Assembly (NCBI GenBank): GCA_017397895.1
Contig: JAFQHP010000032.1
Coordinates: forward strand, 95,785-159,784
Direction of reading: 5' to 3'
Length of the DNA: 64,000 nt
Source: Clostridia bacterium
GTDB lineage: Bacteria; Bacillota; Clostridia; Christensenellales; Aristaeellaceae
Positions 45,445 to 55,140 of the stretch are shown in pieces. The notes beneath the pieces are model-generated. The model worked only from the letters and a program-made list of their open reading frames with translations, was not told the origin of the DNA and did no database searches. A program made the translations under genes and the position numbers. Numbering within the stretch: position 1 is the first letter of the stretch; every line of letters starts with the position of its first letter.

Positions 45445-45513
45445 CCCGGAAAGCCGATGCAATGCCCTCACCTCCCTACTGCCATTTTATCACACATTTT
45501 CACTTCAAACAAT

Positions 45514-45540
45514 AAAAAGGCACAGCGCATCGCCGTGCCC
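45514..45540 (-). terminator. intrinsic terminator after the TIM-barrel isomerase gene
   Basis: On the minus strand, GGGCACGGCGATGCGCTGTGCC is followed by TTTTT. Confidence 0.6.
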
Positions 45541-45549
45541 TTATTGCCT

Positions 45550-46365
45550 TTATTTCAGGCCGATTTTTTTCAAAGTATCCATGCTCATCTGCGCCGCTTC
45601 CATAGGAGTGCGCTGGTACCACTGGTCCTGCTCGATAATGAACCATTCCGCACCGGCATCGATTCCCGCTTCCACCACCGCTTCCGTATCCTGGCAGCCA
45701 TGCCCGAAGGGACGGAATTCAAACGCCACGGCATCCGCTTCCTTTTCCTGGCCAATGAGGGCATAGGGCGTGCCTTCCCCCTTCTGGCCCACAAAATCCT
45801 TCAGGTGCACAATGGGTGCACGGCCTGCGTATTTGCGGATATATGCAGCCGGGTCCACCCCGGAATACTTCACCCAGCATACGTCAATCTCCGTCTGCAA
45901 AAGATCGGCCGGAATAGCTTCGTACAGAAAATCAAGCCCATACATGCCGGAAAAATCCACAAATTCAAAATCGTGATTATGATAGAGCAAGCGGATGCCC
46001 GCCATTTTGCACAGCTGGCCGAACTGATAAATGCTCTTCATCACCCCGGCAAAGGCGGGCTTTCCCGGCCGGCGTTCTTCCTCCAGGTAGGGTACCACAA
46101 TGGTATCGCAGCCAATGGCCTTGTGATAGGCAATGGTGCCGAACATATCGTTTTCAATGGTCACAAGCGGCACATGGCTGCTTACTGCCTTCAGGCCCGT
46201 TTCCTGCAGTATGGCGGCAATTTCCTGTGCCGTGTACTGATAAAACCCGGCAAACTCCAAACCGTCATAGCCCATTTCCTTCAATGCGCACAATACGCCC
46301 TTCATATCCTTTGCGGCCATTTCCCGGGCAGAATACAGCTGATATCCCACAGGCATCTTTTTCAT
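45550..46365 (-). CDS. sugar phosphate isomerase/epimerase (xylose-isomerase-like TIM barrel)
   Basis: 271 aa. It has MGYDGLEFAG and an AP-endonuclease-2 type barrel pattern. Confidence 0.8.
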   Translation of the reverse strand: MKKMPVGYQLYSAREMAAKDMKGVLCALKEMGYDGLEFAGFYQYTAQEIAAILQETGLKAVSSHVPLVTIENDMFGTIAYHKAIGCDTIVVPYLEEERRPGKPAFAGVMKSIYQFGQLCKMAGIRLLYHNHDFEFVDFSGMYGLDFLYEAIPADLLQTEIDVCWVKYSGVDPAAYIRKYAGRAPIVHLKDFVGQKGEGTPYALIGQEKEADAVAFEFRPFGHGCQDTEAVVEAGIDAGAEWFIIEQDQWYQRTPMEAAQMSMDTLKKIGLK

Positions 46366-46529
46366 TTTATGTTCGCTCCTTATTGATCGGTTATTGTATA
46401 TATATCATACCACACCTTCTTCTGTCTTGCCAGAAGAAATTGAGTTTATGACAAACGGATTTGATTCCCCTGCATTTTCTTGCAGGAAAAGAAACATAAT
46501 GGTATAATACGAAAAAAGCAAAGAAAGGA

Positions 46530-47327
46530 ATGATCCTTCTGGCTCTGATTGAATTGACCGCCTATTCACAGTCGCTGGAAATGGAAGTGGATTTTTTTGT
46601 TATCCTGCCGGAGGAAGGCAAGGCGCTTATTGGCATGGAGGGAAAAACAACGGCCGTCTGCCCCACCCTCTATCTGCTCCACGGCATGAGCGATGACCAT
46701 ACCATCTGGCTGAGGCGCACCTCCATTGAACGTTATGCCGCCGAAAAGGGCCTGGCCGTGGTAATGCCCGCAGGAGATCTGAGCTTTTATACCGATATGG
46801 CATACGGTGAAAAATACTTCACCTTCATTTCGCAGGAATTGCCTGCCATCTGCCGATCCATGTTTCCCATGATGAGCACCCGCCGGGAGGATACCTTTGT
46901 GGCCGGGCTGTCCATGGGCGGCTACGGCGCCCTGAAATGCGGCCTCAGGGCGTATGATACCTTCTCCTGTGCCGCCGGGCTTTCCGCTGCTACAGATGTG
47001 GTAGGCGAACGGAAAAGCGGCAAGCGCCATTCCGGCCTGTGGCATGATATCCTGGGGGATAACCAGGCAGAAATGGCTTTCAATGATCTTTTCGCCGCTG
47101 CGGAGGATTATGCCAGGGCTGAAAACGCCCCGCCCCTTCGCCTGTACACCTGGTGCGGTACGGAGGATTTTCTCTATCAATCCAACATCCGTTTCTGGGA
47201 TCATGTACAAAAACTCGGGCTGGACCTGACGTATGAAGAATGCCCCGGCGACCATCAATGGAAGTACTGGGACGAAAAAATTCGGCGGGTGCTGGAATGG
47301 CTGCCCTTGGAAAAGGAGGGAAAATAA
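46530..47327 (+). CDS. alpha/beta-hydrolase esterase (esterase D / CE1-like), copy 1
   Basis: Motifs are LYLLHGMSDDH and the nucleophile elbow GLSMGGYGA. The promoter is TTGCAG-17-TATAAT. Confidence 0.85.
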   Translation: MILLALIELTAYSQSLEMEVDFFVILPEEGKALIGMEGKTTAVCPTLYLLHGMSDDHTIWLRRTSIERYAAEKGLAVVMPAGDLSFYTDMAYGEKYFTFISQELPAICRSMFPMMSTRREDTFVAGLSMGGYGALKCGLRAYDTFSCAAGLSAATDVVGERKSGKRHSGLWHDILGDNQAEMAFNDLFAAAEDYARAENAPPLRLYTWCGTEDFLYQSNIRFWDHVQKLGLDLTYEECPGDHQWKYWDEKIRRVLEWLPLEKEGK

Positions 47328-48101
47328 ATGGCCTTTGCAAGAACCCGGCTATTCTCCGACGCCCTGGGCCTTTGCGTGACGGTGGATGTGATCCTCCCCC
47401 AGCGCAGGGACAACGCACAAAACCATAAGTTGCCCGTTCTGTGGCTGCTTCACGGGGCCTTCGGCAACCATGCCGACTGGATCCGCCGCACCTCCATTGA
47501 ACGATATGCAGCACCCTTTGGCCTGGCTGTGGTGATGCCCTCCGCACAAAACAGCTGCTACACCGATATGGCCCACGGTGGCAAGTATTACACTTTCATT
47601 TCGGAAGAGCTGCCCCGAAAAATGCGTACGCTTTTCAATTTCTCCGAAAAGCGGGAGGATAATTTCATTGCCGGCCTTTCCATGGGCGGCGCAGGCTCCA
47701 TGATGATTGGCCTGGCCAATCCGGAGTGCTACAGTGCCATCGGCTGCCTTTCCGCCGGTGCTGTAAACTACAAAGGCTCCTTCCATCAGGGCAGGCGGCG
47801 GGAGCTAACCATCGGTGACCAGCCGCTGAAAAACAGCTACCTGGACGTATACGGCAATGCGGAAAAGATTGTGAAGGAAAGCCTTCCCTGCCCCCGCATT
47901 TTCCATGCCTGCGGCGAGGATGATTTCCTGCTGCCCTGCGCCCAGGATACCCGGGATTTCTTCCGTGCCTTCCCAGGCAATCCCTTCTCCTACGAATATC
48001 TGTCCGCCCCCGGCGCCCACACCTGGGAATTCTGGGATGCACATATTCAGGACTTTATCCGGTTTCTGAACCTGCCGGATGTACGCGAGCAATACAAATA
48101 A
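47328..48101 (+). CDS. alpha/beta-hydrolase esterase (esterase D / CE1-like), copy 2
   Basis: Motifs are LWLLHGAFGNH and GLSMGGAGS. It shares the block RRTSIERYAA..GLAVVMP with copy 1. It starts immediately after the copy 1 stop. Confidence 0.85.
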   Translation: MAFARTRLFSDALGLCVTVDVILPQRRDNAQNHKLPVLWLLHGAFGNHADWIRRTSIERYAAPFGLAVVMPSAQNSCYTDMAHGGKYYTFISEELPRKMRTLFNFSEKREDNFIAGLSMGGAGSMMIGLANPECYSAIGCLSAGAVNYKGSFHQGRRRELTIGDQPLKNSYLDVYGNAEKIVKESLPCPRIFHACGEDDFLLPCAQDTRDFFRAFPGNPFSYEYLSAPGAHTWEFWDAHIQDFIRFLNLPDVREQYK

Positions 48102-48116
48102 GGAGCAGCCTTCACC

Positions 48117-48815
48117 GTGCAAAGGAAAATCACCTTCTCCAGCGAACTGGCCTACCTGCTGGCCGTGCTGATCATGTCCTTTTCTGTGGCCATGGTGGCC
48201 GCGTCGGACTTTGGGGTATCCATGATTGTAGGCCCCGCCTACATCTTAAGCCTTGCCGTGGAAGGTCTCACCTTCGGCCAAAGCGAGTATGTGGTACAGG
48301 GCATCCTGTTCATTCTGTTCTGCCTGCTCATCCGCAGCATCAAGCCCATTTACTTTGTGTCCTTCTTCACTGCGCTTTTTTACGGCGCTGCGCTGGACCT
48401 TTGGCGGCTGCTCATCCCGGCGTTCAATCCCGCCGTTGTCACCCCCGGCTCCCAGGCCATGCCCCTTCGCATTTTCTACTTTGCCTGCGGTACCCTCATC
48501 ACCGCCTTCTCCGTGGCTCTTTGCTTCAAAACCTACATCTACCCCCAGGTATACGATTATTTTGTGAAGGGCGTTGCCGGGCATTTCAAAAAAGACCGCA
48601 CCAAATTCAAAATCTTCTTTGATGCACTGTTTTTCACATTGTCCCTTGTGATGACCCTCATCCTCTTTTCAGGGTGCATTGAAGGCATTGGCATCGGCAC
48701 CATCATCACCACATTGGTAAACGGATTGTTGATTGGCGGCGCAGAAAAACTGCTGGATCGCTTCTGCACATTTAAAGCAACCTTCCCGAAGCTGGAAAAA
48801 ATGTTCACCTGGTAA
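48117..48815 (+). CDS. polytopic membrane protein of unknown function (YczE/YitT-like?)
   Basis: 232 aa with about 6 hydrophobic spans and a GTG start. The family call is tentative. Confidence 0.55.
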   Translation: MQRKITFSSELAYLLAVLIMSFSVAMVAASDFGVSMIVGPAYILSLAVEGLTFGQSEYVVQGILFILFCLLIRSIKPIYFVSFFTALFYGAALDLWRLLIPAFNPAVVTPGSQAMPLRIFYFACGTLITAFSVALCFKTYIYPQVYDYFVKGVAGHFKKDRTKFKIFFDALFFTLSLVMTLILFSGCIEGIGIGTIITTLVNGLLIGGAEKLLDRFCTFKATFPKLEKMFTW

Positions 48816-48825
48816 TCCGTCAACG

Positions 48826-48861
48826 AAAAAAGCGCAAGGTTTCAGACCCTGCGCTTTTTTG
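48826..48861. terminator. bidirectional intrinsic terminator (membrane protein gene / ftsK)
   Basis: AGCGCAAGG-tttcaga-CCCTGCGCT is flanked by A5 and T6. Confidence 0.8.
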
Positions 48862-48868
48862 TTTATGT

Positions 48869-51800
48869 TTATTGATCTTCAAACATCTGATAGTACTGCT
48901 CCCGGGTAATGAGGGTTTTACGGGGCTTGGAGCCTTCGGAAGCGCTGACAATCCCCCGCTTTTCCATTTCGTCCACCAGCCTGCCGGCACGGGCATAGCC
49001 AATGCTCAGCCGCCGCTGCAGGAGGCTTGTGGAAATCTGCTCATCTTCCAGTGCCATTTCAATGGCCTCCATCAGCAGATCATCCACGCCGTCATTCCCT
49101 TCGGAAGCGCGTTCCTTGCGCTCACCGCCAATGGTATCCGCCGTGGGCGTTTCCTTTTCGGCATTTTCCAGATGCTCGATGATGTTAGGATCATAGGCAG
49201 TGGTATAGCGCCTGCCAATGTATTCGGCAATGGCATTCACTTCGGAGTCATCCACATAGCAGCCCTGCACACGGGTGGGCGAAGAACCGGTGGGCTTATA
49301 GAGCATATCGCCCTTGCCCATCAGTTTTTCTGCGCCGTACACGTCCAGGATGGTGCGACTGTCGGTGCCGGAAGAGACAGCAAAGGCAATTCGGCTGGGG
49401 ATGTTGTTTTTCACAACGCCGGTAATAACGTCCACAGAGGGGCGCTGGGTAGCCAGCACCATGTAAATGCCGGCTGCACGGGCCAGGGCGGCCAGGCGTC
49501 GGATGGATTCTTCCACATCCTTGCGGCACACTTCCATCAGGTCCGCCATTTCGTCGATAATTACAACGATATTGGGCAGTTCCTTGTCGGTACCCCGGTG
49601 AATATCATTGTAACCGGCCAGGTTGCGCACGCCCTCCTGGCTGAACTTGCCGTAGCGTTCCTGCATCTCCTGCACCACCCAGGCCAGAGCGCCTGCCGCT
49701 TTCCGGGGATCGCTGATAACGGGCACAAGCAGGTGGGGAATGCTGTTGTACACCGTCAGTTCCACTTGCTTGGGGTCGATCATGATGAGACGTACTTGTT
49801 CGGGAGAAGTGCGGTACAGAAGACTGCAGACAATGGAGTTGATGCACACGGATTTACCGCTGCCGGTAGCACCGGCAATCAGAAGATGGGGCATTTTTGC
49901 CAGGTCGCACAGAATGGGCGTGCCGGCCACGTCCTTGCCCAGGGCCACCATCAAGGGAGAAGTGGAGTTTTTCATCTTCTCGCTTTCCAGCACTTCCCTC
50001 AGCGTTACCATGCCCTTCACATTATTGGGCACCTCAATGCCGATATAGCTGGTGCCCTGAATGGGCGCTTCCACACGTACGTGCTTGGTTTTCAGGTCCA
50101 GAGCCAGGTTTTCTGCGGTATTGGTCACCTTGCTCACCTTCACACCGGGGCCGATCTGGATGGCGAAGCGGGTGATGGAGGGGCCGTGCATGATCTGCTT
50201 CACTTCGGCATCCACACCAAAGCTGCCAAGCGTACTTTCAATAATCTCTGCCCGTTGGTTATCTTCTGCCTTGGTATCCTCAGCCGGAACCGCCACCGCT
50301 TCATTCAGCAGCCGGATGGGCGGCGGCTGATACCGCACCGACATCACCATTTCCGTCTGTTTCATCTGGGTGGCAGAACGGGTGCCGTCCAGCTTGGCGT
50401 CCGCCTTGGGTTCGGGCACGGGCTTGATGGGAATACGTTCGCCGGTGATGGGCATCACAGGGTCAGTATAAACAGGCTTGGGTTCGCCCTTCGATGTTGT
50501 ATGATCGGGCATTTTCAGTTCCTGCTGGCGTTTCTGCACCAGGTCGGACCAGCTGGACCGTGGCTTTTCCTGAGGCTTTTGCACAGGTTCTTCAACAGGT
50601 TTTATTTCAGCCTGCTTTTCTGCCACCTTTTCTGCCCAGGTTTTCCGTCTTTCGGGCTTCACAGGCTCCGTATAAGCCGGCTCCTCTTCCGCCACATCAT
50701 CCCAGGTTTGCTGGATGGCAGCAGCGCCATGGTGCGAAGCAGCAGGCACAGGTTCCTTTTGTACCGGCTGCGCAGGTTCATCCCAGGGCAGTTCATCCTG
50801 ATCCTCATCAGCAGGATATTCAAAGGCTGCAGGCGGCTGCACAAAGGAAGGCTGGTGAGGAACAGGTTCCTCTTCCGGCTGGGGCATATTTTCCGGCTGG
50901 TATGTTTCTTCCGGCTGTGCAGCATAGACCGGCTGCACCGTTTCTTCCTTCTTCTTTTCTTCCTGTCTCTTCAGCCAGCGGCTGGTAAAGGCAGGCTTGG
51001 GCTGTTCCGGCTGCGCAGGCTGCTGGGCCTGCTGCATTTGCTGCTGATAGGCCGCATGCTCCTGCCGGGTGTGCAGGGGGAAACGCTCGTCATACAGCTC
51101 GCTGGAAACCGGGTAAAATCCATCCACGTCAGATACCGTCTGCCGTACAGGCTGCTGGGTATAGGCAGGGGCGTTTTCGTCCGGATATTCATAATTGCCG
51201 GACTGACTGACCACCTGGCGGGGCTGCTGGGTGTATTCCATGGGAATATGCTGCACCACCGGTGCCTGGACACGATTGGCCGCCTCTGCCGCCAGGCGGG
51301 CTTCTTCTTCCGCCCTGGCCGCTTCCTTTTCAGCCCGGCGCTGGGCACGGGCAGCCTGGCGCTGGTCGCTGCCCTCGCTCATTTTTTGAATCAGTTCGAT
51401 CGGGCTTTTGCGCAGCATCAGGAAAATCAGGGCGATGAACACCGCCACAATGAACACCATGCCAAGGAAGGAACCCATCAGCTGCCAGATGGGATAGGCA
51501 AGCAGCATGCCAAGTAAACCGCCGGCCCCTTTGGCGCCATCCATATAGGCCCGCTGCAAAAAAGCACCATAGCCGGACAGCATCTGCTGTTCGGACAAAA
51601 AATCCAGATAGGAATGGGAAGGGCTGTAACGGGCCGTCAGCGTATAGGCAGCCAGACACAGCAAATACAACACAAGCCCGATCACACAGGCACGCCCGTT
51701 CACCCGATGCCTGGCAGATACCAGCATCGTCACACCGCACCATCCGATCAGCACCGGGAACAGTACGCAAACAGGCCCGCACAAGCCATTCAGGCTCCGG

Positions 51801-51970
51801 GCCAGTTCCTTTGCGATATATCCTTCCCCTGCCGACAGCATGGCCAGCAGCCAGCAAATGCCAAGCGCCAGAAAAACGATGCCGCAGGTTACTGTTACGG
51901 CAGCGTTTTTTCCGGTGGTCACATATTCAGTCACCTGTTGCTTTTTCGCCTTTCCTTTGGCTGTGCTCAT
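48869..51970 (-). CDS. ftsK: DNA translocase FtsK/SpoIIIE
   Basis: It has N-terminal TM helices, a long Pro/Gln/Glu-rich linker, Walker A GATGSGKS, Walker B VVIIDEMAD and a C-terminal gamma winged helix. Confidence 0.94.
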   Translation of the reverse strand: MSTAKGKAKKQQVTEYVTTGKNAAVTVTCGIVFLALGICWLLAMLSAGEGYIAKELARSLNGLCGPVCVLFPVLIGWCGVTMLVSARHRVNGRACVIGLVLYLLCLAAYTLTARYSPSHSYLDFLSEQQMLSGYGAFLQRAYMDGAKGAGGLLGMLLAYPIWQLMGSFLGMVFIVAVFIALIFLMLRKSPIELIQKMSEGSDQRQAARAQRRAEKEAARAEEEARLAAEAANRVQAPVVQHIPMEYTQQPRQVVSQSGNYEYPDENAPAYTQQPVRQTVSDVDGFYPVSSELYDERFPLHTRQEHAAYQQQMQQAQQPAQPEQPKPAFTSRWLKRQEEKKKEETVQPVYAAQPEETYQPENMPQPEEEPVPHQPSFVQPPAAFEYPADEDQDELPWDEPAQPVQKEPVPAASHHGAAAIQQTWDDVAEEEPAYTEPVKPERRKTWAEKVAEKQAEIKPVEEPVQKPQEKPRSSWSDLVQKRQQELKMPDHTTSKGEPKPVYTDPVMPITGERIPIKPVPEPKADAKLDGTRSATQMKQTEMVMSVRYQPPPIRLLNEAVAVPAEDTKAEDNQRAEIIESTLGSFGVDAEVKQIMHGPSITRFAIQIGPGVKVSKVTNTAENLALDLKTKHVRVEAPIQGTSYIGIEVPNNVKGMVTLREVLESEKMKNSTSPLMVALGKDVAGTPILCDLAKMPHLLIAGATGSGKSVCINSIVCSLLYRTSPEQVRLIMIDPKQVELTVYNSIPHLLVPVISDPRKAAGALAWVVQEMQERYGKFSQEGVRNLAGYNDIHRGTDKELPNIVVIIDEMADLMEVCRKDVEESIRRLAALARAAGIYMVLATQRPSVDVITGVVKNNIPSRIAFAVSSGTDSRTILDVYGAEKLMGKGDMLYKPTGSSPTRVQGCYVDDSEVNAIAEYIGRRYTTAYDPNIIEHLENAEKETPTADTIGGERKERASEGNDGVDDLLMEAIEMALEDEQISTSLLQRRLSIGYARAGRLVDEMEKRGIVSASEGSKPRKTLITREQYYQMFEDQ

Positions 51971-51982
51971 TCTTTTTCCCCT

Positions 51983-53119
51983 TTATTTTCTGATCATCAT
52001 TCGGATATATTGCACAATGTTATCTTCATCTGCGTAGAGGGTATATTCGGCATCTTCTTCCGTTCCATTTACGATGACGGTGGTCTGCCAGGTGACGCTT
52101 TCCCCCTTACAAACCCGGTACTGCATCGCCGTATCCCCATCCATGGGAATGGAAATGCCGCCGTCCCCCAGCAATGCCTTTGCTTCCTCCAGGGTGGTTT
52201 TGCCGGTGACGATCCCGTTGTCATCCAGGCTGCCGCACAGAACGCCCAGCACCCTTTCTTCGCTTTCGTCCGTCAACAGCAGCGTGCCGTACAGCCTGGC
52301 ATCTTCCACTTCATAGCAGGCACCGCCGGGATAATATTCGGAATCCACCGTGGAACGATAGGTGTTTAGCGCCTCTTCCAGGGAAAGCCCGATGCAATTT
52401 CTGCTTCCAAGGCCCTGCAGATAACCGACTTTGGTATCTTCTTCCTTCATCCGACGGACGATGCTGTCCTCTGTCAGATCAAAATAGGGTTCCAGCTCGC
52501 TGTACCGGAAATAAACAGAGCCGGAAAACCCGCTGAGGAAGGAAAGCTCTTCTTTCAGGTAATAGATTGTTATTCCGCCGCTATTGTCCAGGGTAAAGCG
52601 TTCATAGGGCACGGGAAACAGATTTCTGTTTTCCAGGTGAGTGGACAGCTTTTCTTCTTCGTTCAGCAGCTTTTCTTCCATGTAGGCCATGGCGCCGTCT
52701 GCATCCTCAAACAGGCTTTCAAACACAATTTCTTCACCGGTGCGCAGGTCGTAATTCATGGGATAATACACCTGGGAAGGCCGGCCCACCGGCATTTTGC
52801 CGTCGGCGCTGATCACAAGGGACAATACCTCCTGCCCCATTTCCCCTTCCCAGTCAACCCGGATGCCGGTGCTGCCCCCGCCAAAGGCCAGCACATTCTG
52901 ATAAGCGCCGATCTGCGCATTTTCCTGAATGGCCGCATTGACCTGATCGGTATATTCGCCGCCGTTCACCAGCACGGGATACACCACATAGCTTTCTGCC
53001 CCTTCATCCTCCGGCAAGCCAAGGGACATCAGGGCAGGCCCTGCATTCTCCATTGCAAAACCGGCAAACGCAACCAGCAGGCAAAGAAACGCTGCGCAAA
53101 AGAAAGACAGTTTTTTCAT
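51983..53119 (-). CDS. secreted hypothetical protein (DUF3298/DUF4163-like?)
   Basis: The signal peptide is MKKLSFFCAAFLCLLVAFAGFA. I see no catalytic motif, and the family guess is weak. Confidence 0.5.
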   Translation of the reverse strand: MKKLSFFCAAFLCLLVAFAGFAMENAGPALMSLGLPEDEGAESYVVYPVLVNGGEYTDQVNAAIQENAQIGAYQNVLAFGGGSTGIRVDWEGEMGQEVLSLVISADGKMPVGRPSQVYYPMNYDLRTGEEIVFESLFEDADGAMAYMEEKLLNEEEKLSTHLENRNLFPVPYERFTLDNSGGITIYYLKEELSFLSGFSGSVYFRYSELEPYFDLTEDSIVRRMKEEDTKVGYLQGLGSRNCIGLSLEEALNTYRSTVDSEYYPGGACYEVEDARLYGTLLLTDESEERVLGVLCGSLDDNGIVTGKTTLEEAKALLGDGGISIPMDGDTAMQYRVCKGESVTWQTTVIVNGTEEDAEYTLYADEDNIVQYIRMMIRK

Positions 53120-53155
53120 TGGCTATTCCTCCACATAATACAGTATACCTTATTT

Positions 53156-53746
53156 TCATGTTTTTTTCAAGTTGCCGTACAGCATGGGCTGCAGCTGGGC
53201 CCCTGCCAGCGCCGCAGAAAGCGCCGCAGGCAATTTGTCAAAATCCGCAACCAATGAGCGGGGCTTTCCCACTGGGTCGTCCTGTCCGTACGGTACAAAA
53301 TAAACGTTTCTCATGCCCAAAATCTTCCCGATATTTTCTGCGGATGCCCCAAGGCCGTCATTGGTGGAAGGTGCAATCAATACAGGCCTTCCGTTTCGCA
53401 AGTGGGATTTTGCTCCCAGTAGAGCTGGGGTATCAAAAATGCCATGGGCCATTTTGCCAAGAGAGGCTCCGGTCATGGGGGCAATGACATAAGCGTCCAG
53501 CAATTTCCTGGGGCCAATGGGCTCCACCGCCTGCAAAGTATCCAGTACCTCCTGGCCGGTGATGCGCATCAGGGTTTCTTTTACCGCTTTTGCCGGAAAG
53601 AAGCGGGTATCATTATCCCGCACTGCAAAGGATACAATGGGCGTGATGGCATAGCCTTCTTCCATCAATTGCTCCATGGCATGGAACACACGCTGAAATG
53701 TACAATAAGAGCCCGTCAATGCAAACCCAACCCTGGTTTTGCTCAT
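53156..53746 (-). CDS. dpaB: dipicolinate synthase subunit B
   Basis: The flavoprotein-fold N-terminus is RVGFALTGSYCTF. It overlaps dpaA by 4 nt. Confidence 0.88.
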   Translation of the reverse strand: MSKTRVGFALTGSYCTFQRVFHAMEQLMEEGYAITPIVSFAVRDNDTRFFPAKAVKETLMRITGQEVLDTLQAVEPIGPRKLLDAYVIAPMTGASLGKMAHGIFDTPALLGAKSHLRNGRPVLIAPSTNDGLGASAENIGKILGMRNVYFVPYGQDDPVGKPRSLVADFDKLPAALSAALAGAQLQPMLYGNLKKT

Positions 53747-54477
53747 TTGCCAACACTCCTTTCAATATACTCCATCCAGGCTTCAGCCGCATCCCTCGGG
53801 CAATACCGCCCCGGCAATCCCCCTTCCAGTTGTACTTGTACCCCAAGCCTTTCCGCCTCTGCCATATCCAGGCCGTAGGGCGGGCTGGCCAGCTCCATCA
53901 CCGTTGCCCCTTCCTTCATATTTTTCAGCGCATCCGTTAAGATCACAGGACTTGGCACGGTGTTGAAAATCCAGTCCATCTGCCCGATTGCATTTTCTAT
54001 TTCATTCATGGCAATGCTGCCTTCACCGGCTTCCCTTCTCGTTTCAGCCCTTCTTGCCGCCACCCGTGTCTTGCAGCCCAGTCCCCTCAGCATACTAACC
54101 AGCGCCCTGCCAATCCGGCCATAGCCGATGACCATGCATTTCTTTTTGCAAAGCGCACCCTTTTCTCTTGCCATTGCTTTATACAACGCAGCCTCCGCCG
54201 TCAATTGCGCATTTGCCTGCTGAAACGTTTCGTCCGCCAGTACAGGATGAAGTAACCAATGATTCTGCCTTGCTTCCTTCGTAAATGCATCGTCCGCCGT
54301 ACCGCAGATGAAAATTTGCCCCTTGGGAAACATACGCTTCACATCGCTCAACTTTGCCCTTGGCAGGGGCAGCACCACCGCATCCGGGCGGATATCCGTC
54401 AACAGATAGCCCCTTTCCGATGCTATCTGCCGCAGGCATTCACTTCTTTTGTCCGTTCCATATATACACAAACGCAT
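53743..54477 (-). CDS. dpaA: dipicolinate synthase subunit A
   Basis: It has the NAD-binding motif VIGYGRIGRAL. The start at MRLCIYG (54477) follows AAAGGAGGGG. Confidence 0.85.
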   Translation of the reverse strand: MRLCIYGTDKRSECLRQIASERGYLLTDIRPDAVVLPLPRAKLSDVKRMFPKGQIFICGTADDAFTKEARQNHWLLHPVLADETFQQANAQLTAEAALYKAMAREKGALCKKKCMVIGYGRIGRALVSMLRGLGCKTRVAARRAETRREAGEGSIAMNEIENAIGQMDWIFNTVPSPVILTDALKNMKEGATVMELASPPYGLDMAEAERLGVQVQLEGGLPGRYCPRDAAEAWMEYIERSVGK

Positions 54478-54611
54478 TTTGGCCCCTCCTTTTCCATAAT
54501 GCATCTTATGCCATGGGAAAAGCGGTGGTGAAATAAAGTTCATATTTCATGATTGACTTTCCCCTTTTGTGGCATTATGATGGTAGATGAATCGAAAGGA
54601 GGCTCCTTTTC

Positions 54612-55136
54612 ATGTATCAGGGAAAGCTTGTCCGGCTGCGTGCCTTTGATAACAGCGATCTGATGTACACCCTGTCCATCAACAACGATTATGATGTGAT
54701 GCGCACTGCTTCCGCCGGCATTCTCTACCCCACCACTGTGGAGGACCAGGCCCGCTTCATGAGCAACCAGACCAGCTATTCCGCCGGTGATTATCAGTTC
54801 GCCGTAGAACGGCTGGATAACGGCCGTTTCATCGGCCAGTGCGGCCTGATGCAGGTGAACTGGAAAAACCGCCGTGCCGAGATGGGCATTATGCTGGATA
54901 AAGACGCCATCGGCCAGGGCTATGGCACCGATGCCGTCGCAACGCTATGCAAATTCGCCTTCAACGAAATGAACCTGCACAAGCTGAAGGCCGTGGTGTT
55001 CGATTTCAATACCGCCGCCATCCGCTGCTACGAAAAATGCGGCTTTCAGATGGAAGGCCAGCTGAAGGACGAAGTGTTCAGGGAAGGCAAATATCACAGC
55101 GCCTATGTCATGGCGCTGATCAATACGGAGGGTTAA
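54612..55136 (+). CDS. GNAT-family N-acetyltransferase (RimJ/RimL-like)
   Basis: It has the acetyl-CoA motif QGYGTDAV. The promoter is TTGACT-17-TATGAT. Confidence 0.85.
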   Translation: MYQGKLVRLRAFDNSDLMYTLSINNDYDVMRTASAGILYPTTVEDQARFMSNQTSYSAGDYQFAVERLDNGRFIGQCGLMQVNWKNRRAEMGIMLDKDAIGQGYGTDAVATLCKFAFNEMNLHKLKAVVFDFNTAAIRCYEKCGFQMEGQLKDEVFREGKYHSAYVMALINTEG

Positions 55137-55140
55137 AACA

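Noticed and set aside
49900-51350. A long Pro/Gln/Glu-rich low-complexity stretch lies in FtsK.
   Set aside because: Variable PQ-rich linkers between the membrane and motor domains are a known general feature of FtsK/SpoIIIE proteins and are not a separate element.
48872-51517. An 881-aa plus-strand ORF lies antisense to ftsK.
   Set aside because: It has the same codon-aligned phase as ftsK, since 48869 and 48872 are both congruent to 2 mod 3. FtsK has unambiguous Walker A/B and gamma-domain motifs. The antisense product is repetitive and has no RBS.
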